Shown: positions 22,373-33,638, counted from the whole stretch's first letter. The stretch is DNA of 63,969 nt, filler included, from Licmophora abbreviata (GCA_900291995.1; 10 parts of 10 records of this genome joined end to end with filler, not necessarily neighbours in it); one strand, 5' to 3'. Translations and numbers: made by a program. Notes: generated by a model from the sequence alone, not told the origin.

Positions 22373-24223
22373 ATGACCTCCCCTACGTCCGAGCAAGTCA
22401 AGAAACGAAAGAAGAGTCCCAAAGAGGGAACGTCCGACCGGAAACGAGCCAAGGAGGAACAGAAGGAGGCGAAGCGTGAAAAGAAACGGCGGAAAAGGGA
22501 AAAGAAACGGCACCCAGAGGAATCTCACAGAGATCCGCCCACCGTCAATGAGCGCCATGTACAAGCTACAGCATCGTCGTCTGGTCCAAACGCCAGCGAG
22601 CTTCCGCTTCACAAATACGTTCTGGCACCCATGGTGGGAGCGTCGGAACTGGCATTCAGATTGCTGTGTCGCAAATACGGTGCGCAACTCGCCTACACGC
22701 CAATGATGTCCTCGTCTCGGTTTGCAAACGACGATGCCTATCGAAAGTCCGAATTTCAGACCATCCCGGAGGATCGGCCCCTCGTGTGTCACTTTTCTGC
22801 CAACGATCCGAGTGAGTTCGCGCGGGCAGCCAAACTTTGCGAGTCATGCTGCGATGCGATCGATTTGAATCTGGGCTGTCCTCAGCGAACAGCCTATGTA
22901 GGTCACTTTGGTTCTTACCTGTTGGATGAGAAGGATCGGGAATTGGTTTTGCGGATTGTTCGAGCCGGAAAAGAGGCTGTTTCTATTCCAATTTTCGTCA
23001 AGATTCGTCTTCTCGACACGCTGGAGGAGACAGTCACTCTGTGTCGACAGTTGCGAGATGCGGGAGCAAGCCTCGTTGCCATTCATGCTCGCTATCGCGC
23101 GAGCTTTGAGAGGAAAGGGCCCGGGGCGAGAGACGGTCCAGCCATGTTGGATCAAGTAGCTGCTGTCAAACAGGCTGTACCGGACATGCCCATTATTGCC
23201 AATGGAAACGTCGTTACGTACGAGCATGTCGTGGAGAATCTGAAATTCACAGGCGCGGATGGTGTCATGACTGCAGAAGGAATCTTGGACAATCCAGCCT
23301 TGTTTCTTCCTCGACTTGGGTCACGAGAAGATTCTGATCGCACCGTCGTTACTGCAGACCCTTCTCCTCTACTTGAGCACACTGGTGAAAATGAGGCGAT
23401 CACGGCAAAGAAGATTCGCAAGCTCACGAAGAAGCTTCGACAAATTGATGAAATTGACCACTTGGTCAAAGCGAACGGTGACGAGGGTATCAACGACGAA
23501 CAGCGGGAGAAACTTGCCAAGAAGTCCGAGTGGGAAATGCAACTTAGACAGATAAGGGCAACAGTGGGCAAGGAATCTTTAGAAGAATCCGCCAATGGCC
23601 GCTCAGCTAGAGCCATGACAGTCACCCTTGGCGAGCTCTATGCGGCAGCAGATAATCCATTGAAACTCGCAAATGAGTATATGTTGCTTGTGAGACGGTA
23701 TCCTGTCAAGTTACGATCTGTCGTGTTCCATGTGAGACGTATTCTAAAGGATCAGCTGAATCGGTTTCAGCTCATGGAGGAATGCGTGGCGTGCGAGACC
23801 GTCGATCAAGTTCAAGCTGTACTGGATCGCTGTGGGAAGTATCACCGTCTTCCTGATTCGTTCATCTTTGATCGAGCAAAAGCCGCGAGGCAGAAGGAGG
23901 CCATGGAACGAAAACGCCGAGAGGAAGGAAAGCGCAAGGCTTTTGAAGCGAGGATGATCCGGAAAGCAAAGAGAGAGGGGAAATCTGACCTCGAATTCTA
24001 CTTGCGCATCGGTGCAGAAGTCCCAACCCCGGCGGTTTTAGGAAGATTGGAGAGTCTATCCAGAGAAAAACAATTGGAGTTGTGGAAACAAAATCATTCG
24101 CAGCACTGCTTGGCCTTCCATTTGGATCCTGGGGGCTGTAAGCGCGACCGCGCGTGTGCGTTCTTACACAGCGATGCGAAGGGGAAGAATACTTTCGTGG
24201 AGTCTGACGAAGTTGCAGGGTGA
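22373..24223 (+). CDS. tRNA-dihydrouridine synthase (DUS1-like) with coiled-coil insert and C-terminal CCCH zinc finger
   Basis: LAPMVG…SELAFRLLCRKYG, DRPL, IDLNLGCPQ (catalytic Cys), GSYLL, VKIRL, IHAR, IANGNV, ADGVMTAEGILDNPALF. C-terminal C-x8-C-x5-C-x3-H. Confidence 0.9.
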   Translation: MTSPTSEQVKKRKKSPKEGTSDRKRAKEEQKEAKREKKRRKREKKRHPEESHRDPPTVNERHVQATASSSGPNASELPLHKYVLAPMVGASELAFRLLCRKYGAQLAYTPMMSSSRFANDDAYRKSEFQTIPEDRPLVCHFSANDPSEFARAAKLCESCCDAIDLNLGCPQRTAYVGHFGSYLLDEKDRELVLRIVRAGKEAVSIPIFVKIRLLDTLEETVTLCRQLRDAGASLVAIHARYRASFERKGPGARDGPAMLDQVAAVKQAVPDMPIIANGNVVTYEHVVENLKFTGADGVMTAEGILDNPALFLPRLGSREDSDRTVVTADPSPLLEHTGENEAITAKKIRKLTKKLRQIDEIDHLVKANGDEGINDEQREKLAKKSEWEMQLRQIRATVGKESLEESANGRSARAMTVTLGELYAAADNPLKLANEYMLLVRRYPVKLRSVVFHVRRILKDQLNRFQLMEECVACETVDQVQAVLDRCGKYHRLPDSFIFDRAKAARQKEAMERKRREEGKRKAFEARMIRKAKREGKSDLEFYLRIGAEVPTPAVLGRLESLSREKQLELWKQNHSQHCLAFHLDPGGCKRDRACAFLHSDAKGKNTFVESDEVAG

Positions 24224-24302
24224 GGAAGTTGATTTTCAGCGGTTAACTTGTAATCATGTTATTGTCAGAGCCTCGCGCACTCAAAACCGTATTACATTGC
24301 TA

Positions 24303-26256
24303 CTACCAGATAAAGGCCGCAGATAGCATGGTTGAAACAGCCAGCGCCAGACTCGCCAAGATATGGGACGCCTCGCTCGTGGGACCACCCGTCGGAGGAT
24401 CCGTCGTCGGAGGACCCGTCGGTGGCACGCATTGTCCATCAATAGGTGCCATCTCATTCGCATCTGGTCCAATCCAGGCAGTCAAATAGGGATAGAAGGT
24501 GCTAAATAGACATGGACCGGACGACTCGACATGAGTGCCAGATGCCGTGAGTGCGCCGATGGCAAAGGTGCTCAGATTTTCGTTCGTTGTCGTGTTGGGG
24601 GATAGGAAGAACGGAACGACGTCATCATCGGGACTGTGACAAATGACAATAGGAAAGGTAGTATCTACCGTAGCTTGGAAGAGCTCATTGTCTTGAAGGG
24701 CCTCACATATTTTGTCAGTCACACCAGCCCCCGCGAGGGAACATGGATCCGAGGAATTCATCATGGTGGCTTCCTGCAAGCAAGTGGCGTGCAAGGGGAG
24801 GAAACGTGTTGTAAGCGTCCGCTTGGTACGAGGCAGAGCGAGCTCTGCATGCCGTTTTGTAGCTTACCTGCATCAGCGACACGATTTCCGATCGAAAGAT
24901 TTCAGGGACGTAAGGGAAGGGAATCAGTGCCTCTAGCTCTGTCTGTGTAATATCTTCTGCGAGCCAGGCCTTGACGTTCATCGCGTAGTTATCTTCGTCC
25001 ATCCATTCGTCGGCAAGGAGATCCTGACCAGTGCCCGAGTTAGCCAAATCAGGATTCGTGGAAGAAAAGGAGTTTCCTGAGAAAATCAGTCCTTGCGCAA
25101 GCCCAATATCATCTTCGGGGCGGCCCTGGTCGTACTGGTCGACAGACCACTGCAGCTGCTCGACGATTTTCAAGGGAGCTCCTCCAGAGGCGACATTGAT
25201 AACCTCGTATCCATCAAGGCGGTCGAAGGCCAAGGCCGCGGCAACAGACGAAAATCCACCCTCCGAGTATCCACCAAACGTGGCGGTATTGTCTAGCTCC
25301 GTGCACCCTCCAGTCGCGGTGACAATAGCATTCTGGGCTTGAAGATACAACGGAATCGTCGCCTGTTGATACAGGTTGACCACACCATATGACATGGGCG
25401 ACAAGTAGGCCTGTCCAAAACCAATGTAGTCAGGAGCAATGGCGATGGCACCGGAGGCAGCGGCCATTCCAGCCGATAGCACATCGTATAGTTCCGTGAG
25501 GATCTGAAACTCATCCTTGCTCGAAATGAATTCCGACAAGTTTTCCGGCCACACCTCGGAAGGTGTGCCTCGTCTGTCGGGGAGAGTTCTGTGCATAAAG
25601 ACAGAGCCCTATGGATGGGGTATGTATAGAGGGTCAATCGGTGAGTCGTGCACGTCGTTTATACCAATTCAAAGAGTCACGGCAAGAGAAGACCCGTTCG
25701 TTGATGGACATACCTTCATTTTAGATGCAAACACCTCGTCCGTCGCTGGGTCGATAGGCTGCATGAGCAGCCCACTGTAGGTCAAATCGGCTCCGTACAC
25801 ACCCTCGCCGCAGTACGACAAAAATCCATGGGGGCCTTCGTCCGTGAGGAAGGCTGAGCCCGCGTACGTGCTCTTGACCTCGTCGCAGCTCGCACAAACG
25901 ACCGAAACTTCGATTGCGTACTTGAGGGACTCGTTGAAGACCGGCGCAATGACGGATCCGAAGCCTTCTCCCGGCGCGCCCGGTCCAAAAAAGGCGTCGA
26001 CAATGAACGCTTCGAGCTCCTTGACGTGCTCCAGAGGCACCTTGGCAATGACTTCGCCGCACTGGCGAGTCGGAGCGGTAGCCACTAGGCTTCGGTGCCG
26101 CTTGATGGAGCTGGGGGTGGCCTTTTCTCCGAGCATGCGGGCCGTCCAAGCTCGTTCCAGGGCTGGTTCGGTCGTGTCAAACGCGGAGCCTCGCCCGAGG
26201 TGGGCCCAGGCCGGCGTGGCGGCGCAAGCGAGGCAGAGAAGGATGCGAAAGTTCAT
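24303..26256 (-). CDS. Secreted alpha/beta-hydrolase (secretory-lipase-like), probably GPI-anchored; introns 25609-25713 and 24774-24867
   Basis: Signal peptide MNFRILLCLACAATPAWA. Catalytic-triad motifs APDYIGFG, GYSEGG, ICHSPDDDVVP and GTH. Thr/Pro linker and hydrophobic C-terminus. Both introns are phase 0 GT-AG. Confidence 0.82.
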
Positions 26257-26800
26257 ACTGAGGAGGAGGGAGGGAGCTTGTGAGGATGGCCTTGCGGTAA
26301 GGAGTCTCGGCACTGAGTTTAGTGGGAGCAACGACGGCAGTGTGTGGTCAGCGCATTCGTCATTGAGATTGCTACACTTTTTGAATCCGGCGCTGAGGAA
26401 CGATCCAGCATTTTCAATTTGAAACATTTGTCCAAAGTACGAAGAATTGTACACAAAACTGCAGTAGTATCTTTTGAGAGGCAACGAACGCTAGCCCTAT
26501 CTGCTGAGATACATACCGGCTAGAATGCTTCCGTCCTCATGCAAGCTTCTCTCTCTATTGCCTGCTATGATACCGGAGAGTTCTTTTCCGCAAAGAGTGT
26601 GAGTCTTCCCGTATCGTCCGCGGCATGCTGCTGAGTGTATTGATTGCCGGCCTCTGTTGATGGCATTCGAGCGGGATGTGGTACACTCTGATGTCTGGCC
26701 AACTACAGTACATGGTGCTTTCAAACGGATCGAGTTCCTGGGGAACGAATCCGCTCGACGTAATAAGGCAGAGCAACGGTAGTCTACGATTCAGTTATAA

Positions 26801-27907
26801 TTATGCATTCTTGTTCATTTTGGAATTCAATTCGTTCAGAAACTCCCACGACGTTACACTCGATGCAGCGGCAATCTCATCCGCGGACCATAAATACAGT
26901 TCCTTCTGTTGTTGCGTCGCTCCTTCCTTTGGAGTATTCCAACGAGTGCTGCCAAAGAAGTCCCGCATGGGCACATTCGTCATCTTTCGTTCACACGTAT
27001 CTTCTCTATACCCAATATGAGCACGCTGCTGTGGAAAGCTCAGATGATCCACGAGCGCTTGGTGCAAGGTCAATCGGTCCATTCCAAATCGATTCACGTA
27101 TTCGACTACAGCATGTGTATACCGCTCAATGACACTCAGTCCCAGCAGCGGATCCGAGTGATGCGCATAGGAGTTTTCATTCTGGAGACTGCTTCCCAGC
27201 ATAAACACGTTGGGCGCTGTACTCTTGCTCGCCAGTGTAAAGGCCTGACACGTGTCGGCGACAAAGAGCAGTTCCTTGTAGCGACCTAGGTCGTACATTT
27301 GGTGAAAGATGCGAGCGAAATCGACCGCCGTAAGCTCTTCGACGTCCTGAAACTTGAAAAAGGAATCACCGCCGTGGCCTGTCAAGTATACCAGCACATG
27401 ACTGTCTTGGTCAGAGTGCAGTCGACGTGAGGCAGGTTCATGGGGTGGATGACTTCCGAGCAGAACTTGTGCGAAATTGTGGACAGTCACGTCGTCGCCC
27501 CGGTAGTCAATTTGTGTAGTTGCATCGTAGAGGGAGTGATTTTTCAGAAGTGCCCCCTTGGAGTACATGCCGTTCCTCTGGATGTTCCGTGGATTGCCGG
27601 GAATGTCGTCCGCGAGCATGAGGACAATGTTGGCGTCGGGAATGCCGTGGCGTCTGCACAAGTCGTAGATTGCCAGAGCGTTCACCACATGACGATAATT
27701 GAACCAGTATCGAGAGCTGCTGACAATGACAGCGTGATTCGATGTGTGACTTTTAGCAAGGGTCGCGGTGGAAAGGAGTAGTAAACTCGTACTGCAGAGC
27801 AGTAGCAGCCGTGTCCGGTGAGAGGAGGCCACGGGGCGTCTGTTTGGACGACGCCGCAGTCTGCTTCCATCGATCGAGCTCATTGGAGAGTTCATCGTGA
27901 CATGCAC
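26801..27907 (-). CDS. GPI8: GPI-anchor transamidase catalytic subunit (C13 peptidase)
   Basis: HTSNHAVIVSSSRYWFNYRH, GIPDANIVLMLADD, DYRGDDVTV, YLTGHGG…FKFQD, DTCQA. Exact start codon uncertain. Confidence 0.93.
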   Translation of the reverse strand: MHVTMNSPMSSIDGSRLRRRPNRRPVASSHRTRLLLLCSTSLLLLSTATLAKSHTSNHAVIVSSSRYWFNYRHVVNALAIYDLCRRHGIPDANIVLMLADDIPGNPRNIQRNGMYSKGALLKNHSLYDATTQIDYRGDDVTVHNFAQVLLGSHPPHEPASRRLHSDQDSHVLVYLTGHGGDSFFKFQDVEELTAVDFARIFHQMYDLGRYKELLFVADTCQAFTLASKSTAPNVFMLGSSLQNENSYAHHSDPLLGLSVIERYTHAVVEYVNRFGMDRLTLHQALVDHLSFPQQRAHIGYREDTCERKMTNVPMRDFFGSTRWNTPKEGATQQQKELYLWSADEIAAASSVTSWEFLNELNSKMNKNA

Positions 27908-28168
27908 TGCATTGAGAGCAGTAGCTGTTCCTCGGAGCGCTTGGATCCGACAGGCGGCTCAAACAACAAGACCAAAACACCAGCACCGTGGACGCTCTCT
28001 CTACGGTACCTCTATGCGCCCTTTTTCACCAGCGCCCTTGTTCACATCCTCGCGTTTTTTTTTTTGTTTTTTTTCTTTTTTTGTACATCCCAACGACAGA
28101 CGACATTGCAGACATCACACACAACGGCATCCACGCCAGCTTCTCTTTTCCTCTTTCTTCGTTGTAAA

Positions 28169-29107
28169 ATGCCATCCTCTTCCTGGGATCAAAGGGTGGA
28201 AGCCTACCGCAGACTCCGAGTAGAAGCGGATCTCGCAAAGGCTCGCGGGGATCGGCGCCTGGCCGCCGACAAGTCCTTGGACGCCTTTCGAGCGGAACCT
28301 ACCAAGATTGACCCGGAACGCTATCCACTCTGGTGTCGTTACAAGAGACTGTCGGGTGGACACAATGTGGATCCACACGACGATCGTAGTCGACATTTCA
28401 AGGCAGTCCGTGAGATTATCAATGATCCGAACGAACTCACGTTCTATCGGGCAACAGCAGCCCATCACCTTGCCTCGCTGCATATGGCTTGCTTCGAAGG
28501 GGGTGGGATCTGGGATGCGGCAGAGGCTTATCGTTTGGCGATTGAACTCTATTTTAAGATTGACGACTATGAATGGACCTACTGGGTCATCCACGAGGAA
28601 GACCTTGGACGTGAGCCGGTGCGAATGAAAAGGAGAGTGGGTGGCCTGGTCTCTAACCACCTTACGCTAGACGCTAGACGGAGCCTGGAGGAGATTCAGC
28701 AAAGTCCATTGAGGGAAAGAGCTTGGCCTGGATATGCAATTCCCTTTCCTGATTTTGACGTTTCTCGAGTCACAGCCGGTGGAGACAAGTGTGATGCATG
28801 TGGAGCGCCCGCGGAACACACGAAAATTACCGTTTGTACTCGGTGCGAAAGAGTCTTCGCCTGCTCGGAATTCTGCGCCCATCGCCTTTGGGATGGAGGA
28901 CATGACAAGGCATGCCGCAGACCGGGAGAGATCGAGGAAGGCGATTTCATGGTGCTGAAAGGTCTCAAGAGCAAACCAGAGTATAATCGTCAGGTTGTCA
29001 AGGTCTTGAAGCAGCAAGGCGATCGATGGCAGGTGCAACTGGGAAATGAGGCGCGTTTCAAGGTTGCTACTGAAAAGCTGGTGCACGTTCGTCCAGTCAA
29101 GACATAG
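28169..29107 (+). CDS. MYND zinc-finger protein with C-terminal SH3-like beta domain
   Basis: CDACG…CTRCERVFACSEFCAHRLWDGGHDKAC, then GDFMVLKGLKSKPEYNRQVVKV…RWQVQL. Likely start is MPSSSWD. Confidence 0.8.
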   Translation: MPSSSWDQRVEAYRRLRVEADLAKARGDRRLAADKSLDAFRAEPTKIDPERYPLWCRYKRLSGGHNVDPHDDRSRHFKAVREIINDPNELTFYRATAAHHLASLHMACFEGGGIWDAAEAYRLAIELYFKIDDYEWTYWVIHEEDLGREPVRMKRRVGGLVSNHLTLDARRSLEEIQQSPLRERAWPGYAIPFPDFDVSRVTAGGDKCDACGAPAEHTKITVCTRCERVFACSEFCAHRLWDGGHDKACRRPGEIEEGDFMVLKGLKSKPEYNRQVVKVLKQQGDRWQVQLGNEARFKVATEKLVHVRPVKT

Positions 29108-29472
29108 TGGGGTAGGTTGCTGCCGTAGTCTAGATGAAATCAGCAGACTCTTTGCGAAGGCAAGGGAATGTTGAGCTGTACGAATAGTATATTCAACATG
29201 CTAAAGCTCCGCTAGATAGATTGCTCCTTTGCAGTAAAGAGGGTTCCATGCAAAGCCGTTCATCGCTTATGTCGTACGTTACTTGACCCCCGACTCTGCA
29301 ACTGTACCTGGTACCGGTATGATTGCGACGATGCCAAATGGCGTTCGTGAGACGAACAGCTTCTCGATGAGCCGTTGATGATGACGCGCCGTGCCGCGCG
29401 CGCTGTGCTACTCAAAGGCGAAAGTTCAAAGTCAGAACGCATTCTCGTCATCTCAAAGGCGGCGCCGGGACC

Positions 29473-30783
29473 ATGATGACTACGAGTATGATGAAAAATC
29501 CGATTGCCATGCTTAGGCGGTTATTGTCCCATTTCTTGCTCACTTGTGTCATTTTTCATACGGGAGTGTGGAGAACCTCATCGTTCTCTCCCCCGGCTCG
29601 ACAGAGTAAATATGGGCCCAGGACTGGGCCGCTGCCTGCTACCGGTACCGGTACCACTATAGGTACCCTAAATCGTGCTTCTACTACGCCCGAGTTGCTT
29701 GGAGAGTTTGCTCGGGATCTCTCAAATTTAACGAAACTACGTCCGCCCCTTCCCTCTGCCGATTTCTCCGTACGTACGGCCCTTGTCTCTGCTGGCAGTT
29801 CATATACCCGCATCTGGACTCACGAAACGTGGAGCAAGCACAGCGATTCCTGGCCACATATGAGGTACGCACGCCACATTTGGCGATGGAGATTCAGCAC
29901 CACGGCCCAGAAAGTCATGCCGTCTTGTCTCTTGGCAGCCGGGTGGGCGTGGTTTGTGTCGATAGTCTATTCTGCAACTGCATCTACCAGTCCGCTCTTG
30001 AAGGGAGCCTCGGCGGCCTTGTCAGCATTGACGGCACCTCTTGCGTTGCTGCTTACACTCCGAACCAACGTGTCTCTCGCGAGACTCGATGAAACACGGG
30101 TGGCCTGGGGACGACTGGTCTTGTACAGTCGCATGTTTGGAGCACAGCTACGTACTTATGTGCTACCGGACTACCCTCAAGCGGCGGTACTGGCGGCGCG
30201 GCATGTTTGTATTTATGCATGGTGTCTCAAGGCATCGCTGCGGGGCGAAAGTACTGAGTCGTTGGACCCAGTTATGAAAGCCATGTTGCCACCACAGGAT
30301 TATGAGTGGCTTTCGACGCACCCTCGTCCCGTGTGGGGCATTACCGCTCGGCTTCGTCAAATTGTGAATGAAGTCGCGACACATACCGGTACATCTCCGA
30401 ACTTCTGGATTGCTCATTCGCTGCTGGAATCAAGTATTGGGAATCTCGAGGGTGTAGCGGGTACCTGCGAGCGTATCCTTGGGTCACCCTTTCCTCCTGT
30501 GTACCAGAGACACTCTTCGAGAGTCATTTCCCTATGGCTGAGCGTCCTGCCTCTCGGGCTTCTGGGGTCGGGCGTTCCGACGTTGGGAACGATCCTCGCT
30601 ACTGCTTTCATAAGTTATGTCATGATTGCACTGGATGAGCTAGGTATGGAAATCGAGCATCCATTTCCGCTGCTGCCTTTGCAGCAGCTGGCGGCGGCGG
30701 CACAGGAAGGAGTGGCCATGCAGCTCATGGACTATAGAGGTGATGAGTCTCGATCTGTGCAGCTTCCGAGCGTCCCGTTCTAA
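29473..30783 (+). CDS. Bestrophin-like (UPF0187/VCCN-type) anion channel, plastid-targeted
   Basis: LALLLTLRTNVSLARLDETRVAWG, CERILGSPFPPVYQRHSSR and LDELGMEIEHPF motifs. Signal peptide followed by TSS-FSP. Confidence 0.85.
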   Translation: MMTTSMMKNPIAMLRRLLSHFLLTCVIFHTGVWRTSSFSPPARQSKYGPRTGPLPATGTGTTIGTLNRASTTPELLGEFARDLSNLTKLRPPLPSADFSVRTALVSAGSSYTRIWTHETWSKHSDSWPHMRYARHIWRWRFSTTAQKVMPSCLLAAGWAWFVSIVYSATASTSPLLKGASAALSALTAPLALLLTLRTNVSLARLDETRVAWGRLVLYSRMFGAQLRTYVLPDYPQAAVLAARHVCIYAWCLKASLRGESTESLDPVMKAMLPPQDYEWLSTHPRPVWGITARLRQIVNEVATHTGTSPNFWIAHSLLESSIGNLEGVAGTCERILGSPFPPVYQRHSSRVISLWLSVLPLGLLGSGVPTLGTILATAFISYVMIALDELGMEIEHPFPLLPLQQLAAAAQEGVAMQLMDYRGDESRSVQLPSVPF

Positions 30784-30858
30784 ATAAAAGTGCCCATGGC
30801 CCCGCCATTCGAACTAGAATCCAACAATTTCGCGATGGCAATCTCTAGATTTTAAAGT

Positions 30859-33160
30859 CTAAGACGAGCTACCCACCTGTGCCCTCGCTTGTAGCCATGG
30901 CTTTCGTTTCATCTGATTGAACCGCTGCCTCGTAGCTTCCTCGCTCATTTCTTTGCGCTTCCGTGCTTCTTGTCGTCCAGCTAGTCTGCGCAGCTCACTG
31001 TGAATTGCTTCTCCGGCTACGGGATCGTTCAGCATGGCTCCAAGCTTCTTGGCTGTCTTGAGAATGAAAATCTGCCCGGCGGTGCGTCCGCTCGACGCTC
31101 CTGGCTTGGGAGCTCCGGCTGCAGCACCTTTTCCACTGTTGCCGACTCCGCCTCTCCCTCCCGAGCCCCGTTCGTGCTTGTGCTGCCACTTGATCCCCAG
31201 ATGTCCCATTTCGTTGACTCGTGGAGTCACAACTCGTTTGTTGACACCTGACGCCTTGCTGTCCCGAGACTTGAGCTCTGCCTCCAGCTTGTCACAAAGT
31301 GACATTGTGTGCTCCACAAGTTTCCCTTCTAGTTCCTCTTGCGTACCGTGTGGAAGGTTCTTCGGAGCGTTCGGTTTATTTCGATCTTCCATCCAGTGCT
31401 GTGCAATGTTGCGAGATGCCTCCAATAACCACGATCGGCAATCATCCAGGTCCCAAGTTGCCGCCGGCTTGGTTTCTGCAGCACTCGTGGGCGTCAGTGG
31501 CTTTTTCGGTTCACCTTTGTCGCTGCCGCTCATGGTCGATGACAAATCCAGCTGCAGTCCCCCCTTTCCTGCCATATTGGCGTGATGCAGCTCATTTCTC
31601 CGTGAGGCACGAGTGTTCAACAATGCCTCTCCTTCATCCTGTTCTCGCTGCTTGAGGATCTGGTGTCCGTCTCGCGAAAGCTGATCAAAGGCTTCGCACA
31701 AACACGCCGCAATGACTCCCTTGAATTGCTGTACCAACTCCCGATCATCCCGAAATCCCGCAAAGAGTTCCTTGGAACGCTGCACGACTGCCTCGTGGAG
31801 ATTCAAGGCATCCCCAACGTGGGTCATGTTGATGAAGGCTTCTCGTTTCTGTCGATCCTTATATCCGACACGAGTCCTCCGATCTCCCTTACCAAAGTTG
31901 GACAAGTTGAGTTCGGTATACGAGTGAGCATTGCGCAATATGACTTCCAGTCCTTTTTTCGACCCACTGCCGTAACCCCCAATCCCCGCTCCCGACACGA
32001 CTTGAATTCCCCCGAGCGTCGTACTGAGATTGTGCGCATCGCTGTACAAGCCATTCCGCGCATCCCCATGATGATTCCGATCAATCTCTCCTTCAAACTT
32101 TCGAAACTGCTGTCCCTCGTGCATAATACTTTCCATGGCAATTGTTCCACAGTTGGTACAAATGACATCCCCATTCCGCTGATCTAGAACAAACAAAGAC
32201 TGATCATTGTTGCCACATACTTTGCATTTCTGATACTGATCTGTCGCTTGGGCATCCCCCTTGGTACGCGCCACCGCCAAACTTTCATCCTCTTCGGATT
32301 GCTGCTGTAGCGACGACGACATGCCCTTGCCGAGAATGACTGTTTCGTAGACTCTCTTGCGAATGGCCCTAAACTCCGCGTCCGTGAGATCGGCGCAGAC
32401 CATTTGATGAATACGCTTGGGCGTAGTAATGAGAAAGTCGTGTTCCATTTGTGTTTGAATCTTTTGTTTGAGAGCGAGCGCATACTGGCGAATCGACTGG
32501 TACGTGGCGTTGCCGGCCGTGGTAATTTGAGTGGAGAGCTCAAGGTTCGGTAGGAGGGGCTGAAGCTTGCGTGTCACAATGCCTCCTCCCTCGCGGCAGG
32601 CAAGGGCATTGATCCAACCGGCGAGACTGAGTTGTACAAGCACTGCGCCAACAGAGGAAGGGACTTCCTCTTCGGTGTTGTGAATCCAGATGCCGTACTT
32701 GTCGTCGTCGTTAGTAGTAGTGGCGACAGTAGCTGTAGCGGCGGCTGTTTTGAGTTTCTTGAGGGGAGGCTCCTCGTCAAAGGTGGAAGCCGCCGTCGCA
32801 GCGGCATTTAGAGATGGAGTCGACTTGGGAGATAGCAATAGAGCAGCGACTGTGGTAAAGACGTTCTGTGAGAGTTTCACCCCCGTCTGAGCTGTCGGGT
32901 CTTGTGTCGATATCAAAGATGACGATACGTGAATGTGTCGTGTGAGTCACTCAAGTCGAAGTCGCGAGCGGCGTGTCCAAAGACTACACTCCGGACTAGC
33001 AAAAGTCAATACTAGTAAACTGACCTTTAGAGGGAGGTGGAGGGAGGAGTATCCGGGTAGAGCGAAGCCAGACTTCTGCCTGACTCTGATTCATGTCCCA
33101 GATTGGCACGGACGAGTGCGTATGCGGCGCCGCAGATTTCTTGGTGACTGCGGACGCCAT
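30859..33160 (-). CDS. TFIIB-related protein (Zn ribbon + single cyclin-like repeat); intron 32901-33024
   Basis: CKVCG…DQRNGDVICTNCG…EGQQFRKFE; cyclin-like KREAF…LNLHEAVVQRSKELF…IAACL. Upstream exon MASAVTKK…PPSK joined via G|GTCAGT…ACAAG|AC (phase 1). Confidence 0.75.
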
Positions 33161-33638
33161 GGTTTTTTTGTCTGACAGTCAGAAATTGGTCCGACCAATG
33201 TTACTTTAGGAATGAAATATGCGAAATTGAGGCGGAGGAAGGTCCCAGGCAATGCAAATGCGACGAAGCTGGTGTGTGGTTGCCAGCGTCGGTTGTGTCG
33301 GGTGCCGGATTGTTTTTTTTGTTTTGGAGTTTTTCAATTTTGAGTTTTGCGGATCGCACGCACGAGTTGAGTCGAATGTGTCGAACAACTAAAGAGTCAA
33401 GTGAGTCGAGTCGAGTCAGTCAGTCAAGAAAAATCGCGCAGGCGACAAAAGATCGTGAGATTGATTCAAGATTGAAGATGCGGGAACATGACGTTGGGAG
33501 CACGTGTACGGAGGCGCGACTAGACTTTGGCGACGAGTCAAGTTGAGTCGAGTCCCCAGAGCATCATCCACAGTTCGTATGATATCGCTTGATCGCTGCT
33601 GTGAACATCGTTTTGTCTAGTAGAGTCTCCATCCAGCA

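Noticed and set aside
24303..27907. GPI-anchored hydrolase adjacent to GPI8 as a functional cluster
   Set aside because: Two-gene adjacency in a gene-dense eukaryote, with no other pathway genes; most likely chance.
27818..28168. N-terminal extension of the MYND ORF with poly-Phe
   Set aside because: It derives from a T-rich promoter/UTR tract and overlaps the GPI8 start.
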